DNA of 64,000 bases from Eledone cirrhosa (taxonomy: Eukaryota): assembly GCA_964016885.1 (NCBI GenBank), contig OZ024741.1:291586001-291650000 (forward strand), written 5' to 3'. The notes under the pieces were generated by a model that saw nothing but the letters and a program-made list of their open reading frames with translations, searched no databases and was not told the DNA's origin. A program made the position numbers and the translations under genes. Of this stretch, positions 13,965-26,192 are shown in pieces (position 1 is the stretch's first letter; each line of letters starts with the position of its first letter).

Positions 13965-13966
<2 letters not shown>
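9060..13966 (+). mobile_element. Penelope-like element: RT C-terminus and GIY-YIG, flanked by inverted pseudo-LTRs
   Basis: ORF 11443-12171 GTAMGTKVAPTYANL, RYLDD, FLD; then CGRSNCGTC, LYAIK*KGCNEDYIGQT, IQKYRPALN; 9120-9935 plus 11094-11435 is the reverse complement of 12700-13966. Confidence 0.88.
10215..11000 (+). mobile_element. CRE-like RLE non-LTR retrotransposon 3' fragment inside the left pLTR
   Basis: ORF 10423-11049: CRCG..LHPLSC..RHAALN..EP..KRPDG..AWDATC; GC-rich island; 9936-11093 absent from the opposite arm. Confidence 0.75.
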
Positions 13967-14019
<53 letters not shown>

Positions 14020-14150
14020 GATAAATCTACCAAGAGATTACGGTAGTGTCCAATCCGTATGAAGAACTCAATGTATTCCGGATATCATGGAAAGAAGAGA
14101 TGTAATGAAAAACCACTTTCGGTGAAAGATAAACGGTATACAGAGTCAAG

Positions 14151-14570
14151 ATAAAATATTAAACAAATAATGAATAAACAATTCCTTATATTAAACAAAA
14201 AAAGTTCATTATTTAACGATCGTTTCTAGGGTATATATGTGTTATAATTGGTATGCATATTCAACAGATCTATGTACAAAATTATACAAAATTATACAAA
14301 TTATCAAGATTAAATATACATACCTAACACATATATACGCCGTCTTCAGAAATAATGAATAATCATTATTTCTGAAGACGGCGTATATATGTGTTAGGTA
14401 TGTATATTTAATCTTGATAATTTGTATAATTTTGTATAATTTTGTACATAGATCTGTTGAATATGCATACCAATTATAACACATATATACCCTAGAAACG
14501 ATCGTTAAATAATGAACTTTTTTTGTTTAATATAAGGAATTGTTTATTCATTATTTGTTTAATATTTTAT
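14151..14570. repeat. Near-perfect palindrome (~208-bp arms, 4-nt spacer at 14359-14362)
   Basis: 14151-14358 is the reverse complement of 14363-14570. Confidence 0.92.
14363..14515 (+). ncRNA. Type I hammerhead ribozyme with long stem II (mirror copy on minus strand 14206-14358)
   Basis: tcattattt-CTGAAGA-[gtatatatgtgtta...taacacatatatac]-GAAA-cgatcg-TT-aaataatga. Confidence 0.7.
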
Positions 14571-14687
14571 ATATATATATATATATATCCTTCCTGACTT
14601 GACCACTGCCACGTCACAGTTCTCAACCATTTTGAATTCGTGTTTGGCGGGGGACACTTCGGAAAATATATTTCCTAGCGAGTTTGC

Positions 14688-14762
14688 CCCCTGAAGAGCT
14701 CTAAAACTCGAGTATTATCCTTAATAAGATATCTCAAAAGTGAGTGAAACCCTAAGGTCGGG
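14688..14762 (+). ncRNA. Type I hammerhead ribozyme motif
   Basis: ccc-CTGAAGA-gctc...gagt-GAAA-cc ctaa gg-TC-ggg; GUC triplet. Confidence 0.65.
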
Positions 14763-15063
14763 ATTTAGTGATTTAATCCAGGTATGTATATAAGCATTTC
14801 TAACATTAATGTTTACCTAATTATGTACGGTTGACCGTATATTTAATTAATTACCACGTGCTGTTGAAATGTTGGTAAATATTCTTTCGCGGTTGCACGC
14901 GAAGACGCCATGGTGGCGTATTTATTTACTGTTTCTTCATAGATGCCTTTTATTCTTATAGCCTGGTCTAATTGATTTTTTGTGTGGTTAATTATGCTGA
15001 TTGGGAGTAGAGATGATATATATATATTATGAAATAATTCTCTGGACATGCTTTACTCTATAG

Positions 15064-15116
<53 letters not shown>

Positions 15117-15121
<5 letters not shown>

Positions 15122-15221
15122 AACGAGTAGGACCCCGACGGCTGAGCTCAAGCCGTTTCGACGGCTAATTCAGCCGTCGAAACGGCTTGAGCTCAGCCGT
15201 CGGGGTCCTACTCGTTCCTAT
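15117..15221. repeat. 50-bp-stem fold-back made from a hammerhead 3' half
   Basis: ataggaacgagtagg..acggct AATTC agccgt..cctactcgttcctat; single arm recurs at 16201-16255. Confidence 0.85.
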
Positions 15222-15280
15222 TACCCACTCTACTACCCTAAGTATTGAGTACGTTATGGTACGTTATGCTACATCTCCTT

Positions 15281-15320
<40 letters not shown>

Positions 15321-15353
15321 CATATATATGCAGTTGAAAATTGCAAACTTGAC

Positions 15354-15392
15354 TGAACCTGAAGATGGCAAAAGCATGAAAGTACTTGTTCA
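15354..15392 (+). ncRNA. Minimal hammerhead motif (weak stem II)
   Basis: tgaac-CTGAAGA-tggcaaaagcat-GAAA-gtac-TT-gttca. Confidence 0.55.
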
Positions 15393-15547
15393 ATTAACAC
15401 TTAACATTTAATATTCTACCATACTTTTTCATTCTAATACCATTATAAATGTTAAAGGATTGTAAATAAAACGAGTAAATATGACAAAGTTGAAATTCCT
15501 TTTGTTAATATAATCTTCTATACACAATCATACACACCCGTGTATAT

Positions 15548-15593
<46 letters not shown>

Positions 15594-15754
15594 TAAAATT
15601 CGATTTTAGTCTTCAAATTTATTATTATTACTATATATATATTATATATATATTATATATATATATATTATAATATATGTATTATATTATATTATATATA
15701 TATATATATATACATAATATAATATATATATATATATAATATATATATATATTA

Positions 15755-16205
<451 letters not shown>

Positions 16206-16320
16206 AACAAGTAAGACCCCGACGGCTGAGCTCAAGCCGTTTCGACGGCTAATTCTACCCTAAGTATTGAGTACTTTGGTGTGTTATGGTCCACCTGGTT
16301 CCTTACCACATTTCCTTCGT

Positions 16321-16352
<32 letters not shown>

Positions 16353-16393
16353 CGAAACATAAGTCAATTGCATGAACTCATAATCCTTTATTT

Positions 16394-16449
16394 ACTGCTA
16401 TATATATTTCGATGATAGCCATTGAATGGCTATGACCTCATCAGGCAGT
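16394..16449 (-). ncRNA. Type I hammerhead ribozyme motif
   Basis: Reverse complement: actgc-CTGATGA-ggtc atagccat tca atggctat catc-GAAA-tatata-TA-gcagt; degenerate relative near 58135-58192. Confidence 0.7.
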
Positions 16450-16532
16450 TAGTCAGTTCTTAGATATGCCAGCTCTGTGTTTTTGATGTTGATGGTTTCA
16501 GAGCCTTGGGACATATATATATATATTATACA

Positions 16533-16714
<182 letters not shown>

Positions 16715-16953
16715 TTGTGTATGATGGACTCGCGCATCGATATCCGACGTATGAGTGTCCAACAAAAGTTAAATGTGAGAAAGTGAACTGACGCTGAACT
16801 ACCCACACAAAATTTTGTTTTAAGTGGTGAAGGCTTGTGTAGGACAAACCACATTTTTTGGAACTGACGACACATATCTACGGTGCAAATGTTTGCCACG
16901 GAAAATACAACGACAGCCCTCAGCTTTTTATGCCTAGGAGTTTAACCTCTCCG

Positions 16954-17001
<48 letters not shown>

Positions 17002-17066
17002 GACAAACTTCCGAAAAATTCCGTCTGGAAAGTTCATACATTTATTTATTTTGTTTTATATTTTAG

Positions 17067-17255
17067 GTGTTCATGATCAATCTTGAGGCCTACAGAGATT
17101 CGCTTCGTCTTTTTGTCGTGCAAAGTATAGTTACTGGTGTTCGTTGCAGATTTAACTATGCCAGATATGTTCCCAATGAAGAATATATTAAGAATTTGCG
17201 GAAAGAAACTAAACAAGCCCTCATTAAAGACATAGACACATTATTTGATATGTAA
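17067..17255 (+). CDS. Secreted-protein family, copy A, terminal exon (upstream exons not found in window)
   Basis: ttttag acceptor; VFMINLEAYRDSLRLFVVQSIVTGVRCRFNYARYVPNEEYIKNLRKETKQALIKDIDTLFDM*; 3 aa differences from 51417-51605. Confidence 0.8.
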   Translation: MFMINLEAYRDSLRLFVVQSIVTGVRCRFNYARYVPNEEYIKNLRKETKQALIKDIDTLFDM

Positions 17256-17302
17256 TGACCTTACTCTCAATCATATACATATATATTATATTATATTATA
17301 TT

Positions 17303-17638
17303 ATCCCGCCGAGGTTAACTTTGCCTTTCATCCTTACGAGGTCGATAAAATAAAGTACCAGTAATATACTGGGTAATTGCTGGCCTTGTGCCAAAAGTAG
17401 AAACAATTATATTATGTTATATTATAGTATATTATTTTCATTCAAAGGGCGGTGCATTGGCAGTATTGGTAGAGAGTCGGACACCATGCTTTGAAGCATA
17501 GAGTTACGTCCCTTTATGATCTGAGTTCAAATCCCGCCGAGGTTAACTTTGACTTTCATCCTTATGGGGTCGATAAAATAAAGTACCAGTAATGTACTGA
17601 GTAATTGTTGACCTTGTGCTTAAAATAGAAACAATTAT
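17303..17638 (+). mobile_element. SINE family A, partial and full copies
   Basis: TGGCAGTATTGG A box, GAGTTCAAATCC B box, central domain. Confidence 0.85.
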
Positions 17639-17811
17639 TTACATTCATATACAGAACACAAGCACTACATAAGGTTTCAAAGCCCAATGTTGACCATATC
17701 TCCAGATTGAAAGAGGGATAACATTTTTGACCTAGTTTATCTGGAGTTAGGGCACATATTGATCCTTGAAACATTGGGTAGCACTTGGACTGTGTATGGA
17801 TACTATATATA

Positions 17812-18967
17812 AATATATGTCCATGAAGTCTCTTTACAATTTGAAAAATATATTACAAAGGAAATTGATGAGATATCTTAATCAGATGTGTTGTATGTTC
17901 TCAGTAGTTATCAATGTTTTTAAGTATTTGTGCGTTTTTGATATTTTTGGAATCCTGTTTATGAAAGCGGTACTGTAAAAATGAACCACTAAAAAATGGC
18001 TACTCCTCAAGAAAAGGCACAACGTGTGTCATGGTTTATAGAAACAAAATCAGATACGCAGACTCAGCAAAACTACAGAACTACGTATGGAAGGGATCCA
18101 CCGTCACGTCCGCCAATTCGTGCATGTTTCAGGAAACCTGAACACACATAATGTGAGAATCTGGGCATCAGACACCCCCATGTGGCTAGAGAACTTCACC
18201 GAGATAGTCCAAAGGTGAATGTGTGGTGTGGGATCATGTGCAATCGAATCATTGGTATATTGTTCTTCAACGAGACATCAATTACTCAAATGTTTACTTT
18301 GAACTTTTGACTGAATAAGTGGCACCACATCTAGATGACCTTCAACCAACATCATTTTCCAGCAACATGCTGCACCACTACATTTGGGACTGCATGTTTG
18401 TGGGTTTCTGAATCAAACATTTCCAGACTGGGGGATTGGAAGGGATGGCTCAATTCCCTGACCACCTAGTTCCCCAGATATCACTCCCCTGGACTTCTTT
18501 ATGTTAAAGATATCGTGATTCGAACAAACGTACGGGACATCATTGATCTAAAGCAAAAGATCACTGATGTCATTGCCCCCATTGATGAGGCTATGCTACA
18601 GCAAGCATGGCAAGAAATCGAGTACCGTCTTGATGTAATTCGTGCAACTATATACAGGTGTATTTAATTGGTGAAAATAACTTCAATATCTACTTCTTAT
18701 TTTGTAACAATTTTCACATATTTGTTTTTTCATTTGCGTTTGTAATAATTGTTTCTACTTTTTGGCACAAGGCCAGCAATTATCCCAGTGTATTACTGGT
18801 ACTTTATTTTATCGACCCCGTAAGGATGAAAGGCAAATTTATCCTCGGCGGGATTTAAACTCAGTTCGTAAAGGGACGTAACTGTGCTACAAAGCATGGC
18901 GTCCGACCCTCTACCGATACTGCCAATCCATAATGGTTTTAGATTGTAAAGTGACTTTATAGACAAC

Positions 18968-18970
<3 letters not shown>
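17812..18970 (+). mobile_element. Degenerate Tc1/mariner-superfamily transposon with a SINE inserted at 18745-18930
   Basis: MATPQEKAQRVSWFIETKSD..YGRDPPSR (DUF4817-like HTH), HNVRIW, KVNVWCGI, SPDITPLDFF; TIR-like tgtccatgaagtctctttacaat versus attgtaaagtgactttatagaca; in TA context. Confidence 0.8.
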
Positions 18971-19064
<94 letters not shown>

Positions 19065-19406
19065 TGTGTGCGCCTGTGTCTATGTGTTTGTGTGTGTGGA
19101 TAAACAGAAAGATGTAAAGATTTGAATCATTAAAAAATACTAACCACCAGTGAAGTCATTGTTCTCTTTTTTCAAATATATGTTACTGTACTAAAGATTT
19201 TACTTCGTTTCCACTATATATACATACACGCACACACATACACATATGCTTCTTCCACCTTTGCTATCTTTTCTTAATACTTATGCTTACTTCCCATATT
19301 ATGTATCATCCTAATCTTCTTATGACAAACTTCTGATATTATATTTGTGTCTCAACCTTTATTATATGCTCCGATGATTCAGGCTTTGTGCCAGGATGAA
19401 AGGATG

Positions 19407-19457
19407 AGTTTCAGAAGATCCCGTTGAGGGTGAAAGCAGCGATTCTTTGCTTAAACT
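19407..19457 (+). ncRNA. Hammerhead-like motif with CAGAAGA core (family also at 25308-25358 -, 31461-31511 -, 31868-31918 +, 57230-57280 +)
   Basis: agttt-CAGAAGA-tcccgttgagggt-GAAA-gca gcgattctt tgc-TT-aaact. Confidence 0.6.
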
Positions 19458-19468
19458 TTAAACTGTTA

Positions 19469-19509
<41 letters not shown>

Positions 19510-19511
<2 letters not shown>

Positions 19512-20059
19512 CAGAGAAGTATAAATATATAACAGAGAAGTATAAAGAGAAGTATAAATAAATAAGTAAATTAAATTAAATAAAATAAGATAAATAAATA
19601 CATACACAAGCACATAAACACACACTAGTCACCCAGCAGACACAACACTATACACACTAGTCACACATCACACACGCAAACGCATGCGCAAAGAAGACAA
19701 AATAAAATAAGATAAACAAACAAGCAAACAAATAAATAAATATATAGACGGACTGAACAAAAAAAATGGCGTAGACATACAACACAACAGGAGGAACAAT
19801 GAATATAACACCACTGACGATGTTGCAGATGTGCAACGAAAGATTTATGTAAACTATATATATATGTGTTTGTCTATATTGTATCTGTATTATTTTATTT
19901 TTGACCACCGGTCAGTCAATGGCAACATTGAGGACCGAGTAAGTTAGATCGCAGATATATATATATAAAAGACAGCGAGAAGCGAAAACCAACCAAACAG
20001 TGAGTGTGTTCTGTTATTAATTCTGGCAATATTACGCAAATATGACCCTCCCCAAATAT

Positions 20060-20066
<7 letters not shown>
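19510..20066 (+). mobile_element. PLE pseudo-LTR fragment with hammerhead at 19811-19850
   Basis: CTGACGA-t-gttgca gatg tgcaac-GAAA-gatt-TA; shares aaaatggcgtag and tgaccctccc..tataacaatat with the pLTR at 43213-43715. Confidence 0.65.
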
Positions 20067-20116
<50 letters not shown>

Positions 20117-20124
20117 TAACGTTA

Positions 20125-20184
<60 letters not shown>

Positions 20185-20188
20185 TAAC

Positions 20189-20340
20189 GCGCTCTTACAA
20201 CGGAGGACACAAGGGCTGCGACCTTTGTATTTCAGAGAGCTACGAAATTTTATTCGCCAAGGGCCCGCTACTGAACAAACTCTCTGAACACTGCCCGAAC
20301 TGCATGCACAAGAACTTTGCAACATTCAAACACTTTAAGC
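20189..20340 (+). pseudogene. PLE C-terminal fragment (Naiad-like)
   Basis: RSYNGGHKGCDLCISESYEILFAKGPLLNKLSEHCPNCMHKNF. Confidence 0.55.
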
Positions 20341-20539
20341 CAGTGTTAAAGCCCGATGGCTAAAAACGACCTCCCCCTATTGGCCCCTATACCTCCTCCC
20401 CACCCTACCCCCACCCCTCCTCAACCTGAAACACGGCCACTATGGTTATGTGAGTACCTCTTTCGTATCTACATTTTCTGCCTGTAGAGGTGTCTTTATG
20501 TGCCTGCGTATATGCGTATATTTATTGAGTACCTATTTA

Positions 20540-22860
<2,321 letters not shown>

Positions 22861-23359
22861 TTTTTTTGTTTTTTTTGTTTTTTTGTTTTTTTGTGAAAGT
22901 GTCTGTTGATTTTTGGCATATAGTTGATTAGTTTAAGAGAAGTTCGAAGATAATAGTAAGATATGCACTCAGTATTTTGAATCTGTCTGCAGAATTCTCT
23001 AGACCTTTGTCACTTAGTAGAACCTTAATGACTTTAGCTTTTAAAGAATCTCCCTTTTCTTTAATTCTATCGACCATGACTGGCCCCCCACTGACTTTAT
23101 AGACATCTGTTCGCTTAAGAGAAACTTATTGACAAGGAATGGTATGCCATCCGGAACCTGTTTATAGAATGCTGTCTGCCTTTGTTACTCTAAAAACATA
23201 AATAAATATAAATAAAAATAAAAATAAACTATAGCCTTGTAGAATTAGCTTTTAATGAATTCCCTTTTCTATCAACCAATGACCTGCACCCATCCCACTC
23301 CCCACCCTCTCCTACCACTTGTAGAGACCTATAAATACCATATTTATTTTTTGATACCC

Positions 23360-23410
23360 AGATTCCTGATGATTTCTAATGAATGAAACAGTTCTAGTCC
23401 TGTAGAATCT
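23360..23410 (+). ncRNA. Type I hammerhead ribozyme with full stem III
   Basis: agattc-CTGATGA-tttc taat gaat-GAAA-cag ttctagtc ctg-TA-gaatct; mutated relative (TTGATGA) on minus near 58472-58521. Confidence 0.72.
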
Positions 23411-23492
23411 CTTCTATATTAAAACTGTTATACTCTGCTATGTATTGAGTACCTTACTTACTGTGGTTACCTCCGATTCAACCCGGAATAAC

Positions 23493-23526
<34 letters not shown>

Positions 23527-23532
<6 letters not shown>

Positions 23533-23659
23533 GGAATAGAATGAAACGAAATTTCATTTCTCACTCTTAGTACGGCACTTACTTAAATGTAAGTATGTAT
23601 GTATACGTACATGCATATATGTATACAGACGTACAGTAGCATGTATATATATATATGCT

Positions 23660-23690
<31 letters not shown>

Positions 23691-24439
23691 AAAAATTGAA
23701 CAGGGACAGAACAGAGAGGCAGTACGACAAATGTTTATTAGCTTCACGCTCAGGAGAGTGGGGGGTAGGTGGAGGACGACGTTTCGGGCATAAGCCCTTC
23801 TTCGGGTAAGAGTTCAAAAGGTGTGTAGGGGAGTGGTGGAGAGACATATAGCGAAAGGAAACGGTGGCGAAGGATAGGCGGAGACGGGGATGGGAAAAGG
23901 AACCAGGAAAACGTAGGGAGGGAGTAAACACCGGAAAATTAAAGACAAAAAATCATAAAGGTAATAACACAGGCGATCGTGAACAAAAATTCATAGAAAT
24001 ATCATAAAGGTAATGACACAGGCGATCGTGAACAGGCACCCATATATATATATGTACGTATCAGTTTAGCGAACATTTATTATAACGTTCGCTTTGTTCG
24101 TTTGTAAACAAACGGACAGCCTGAATTACCACGTCACCTTTTTGTTCAACACTGACACAGGAACGATGTACTAGTTTCAAGCTTATTAGCTATCGTCAGC
24201 ATCGTATACCTTCCTGCCTGATGATTGAACGTCTGAAAGTATATACTTTCCTTATGCATATTAACGGCCGAGAAGCCTAATTTGCATATCGAGTGAGTTC
24301 AGTCGGCCGGGCACACCGAAAACGATAAATGGAATAGAATGAAACGAAATTTCATTTCTCACTCTTAGTACGGCACTTACTTAAATGTAAGTATGTATGT
24401 ATACGTACATACATATATGTATACAGACGTACAGTAGCT

Positions 24440-24517
<78 letters not shown>

Positions 24518-24942
24518 CAGGCACACATATATATATGTACGTATCAGTTTAGCGAACCTTTATTATAACGTTCGCTTTGTTCGTTTGTAAACAAACGGGC
24601 AGCCTGATTTTCGCCGTACAGTGTTCAGGCAACCACGTCACCTTTTTGTTCAACACTGACACAGTAGCGATGTACTAGTTTCAAGCTTGTTAGCTATCGT
24701 CAGCACCGTATACCCTTCTGCAAGATGGTTGAACGTTCGAAAGTATATACTTTCCTAATGAAAATTAACGGCTGAGCAGCCTAATTTGCATATCGAGTGA
24801 GTTCAGTCGGCCAGGCGCACCGTAAACGATAAATGGAATAGAATGAAACGAAATTTCATTTCTCACTCTTAGTACGGCACTTACTTAAATGTAAGTATGT
24901 ATGTATACGTACATACATATATGTATACAGACGTACAGTAGC

Positions 24943-24990
<48 letters not shown>

Positions 24991-25026
24991 GCTACTGTAC
25001 GTCTGTATACATATATGTATGTACGT

Positions 25027-25071
<45 letters not shown>

Positions 25072-25180
25072 CAGGCACACATATATATATGTACGTATCA
25101 GTTTAGCGAACATTTATTATATACACGCTACTGTACGTCTGTATACATATATGTATGTACGTATACATACATACTTACAT
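23527..25180 (-). mobile_element. Non-coding ~500-nt tandem hammerhead repeat (retrozyme-like family 2), interrupted by a pLTR fragment at ~23680-24030
   Basis: Period 504 (24326 vs 24830); hammerheads at 24163-24205 and 24668-24708 (rc acgatg-CTGACGA-tagctaataagctt-GAAA-ctag-TA-catcgt); ATTTGCAT at 24280 and 24784. Confidence 0.75.
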
Positions 25181-26001
25181 ATATATATATATATATAGTA
25201 ATAATAATAAATTTGATGACTAAAATCCAAAGTGGGCTCGATAAGGATAAATATATATCAAATATATAAGAACCGTAGAGCAAATACTTATTAAAATAAC
25301 AGATTAAAGTTTAAGCAAAGAATCGCTGCTTTCACCTTTAACGGGATCTTCTGAAACTAACAAAGTCAATCTGTAAACGCAGAAGTGGATATTTATATAT
25401 ATATATATATAAATGTATATATAGTGTATTTTGCAATAAACTGTATGCTTAATTAAAAACATTTCAAAGACATTACGCTATTGTTTTAGAGTAGTGACAG
25501 TCTCACATACTTTAAATTTTCAGCAAACAGGGTAGATAAAGCTGACAGAGCTCTGTTTCGTACTGATTGGTACTTATCAAAGCCAAGTACTGCACCTGTT
25601 TGCTGAAAATCATGAATGTTTGATTCTTATAGAATTCTAGTAATAATAAGGAACTGATTATACAGAGCCATTGCCGGTCAAGCAGAAATTGAAAATTAGA
25701 ATTGGTCCTCTGAAATAGCGATATGTATATGAATGTATATATAGTGTATTTTGCAATACACTATATGCTTAATTAAAAGCATTTCGAAGACCATACGCTA
25801 TTTTTTTAAAGTAGTGACAGTCTCACTTACTTTAAATTTTCAGCAAACAGGGGAGATAAAGCTGACATAGCTCTGTTTCGTACTGATTGGTACTTAGCAA
25901 AGCCAAGTGCTCTGCTTGACCGGCAACCGCTCTGGTAGGCTTCCACATATTTTCCGTGTAACCAAATGTCAAAGATTTATTTATTTTATTTTGTATTTTA
26001 T

Positions 26002-26192
26002 GTGTTTATGATCCATCTTGACGCCTACATATACTCACTGCGTCTTTTCCTCTTGGAAAATATAGTTACTGGTATCCATTGCCGATTTAACGATGTCAGA
26101 TATGAACCCACGAAGAATATATTAAGAAATTGCGGAAAGAAACCAAACAATCCCTAATTAAAGATATAGACACATTATTATTTGATATGTAA
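26002..26192 (+). pseudogene. Pseudo-exon: decayed terminal exon of the secreted-protein family
   Basis: VFMIHLDAYIYSLRLFLLENIVTGIHCRFNDVRY.. then frameshift; acceptor ag changed to at. Confidence 0.8.
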
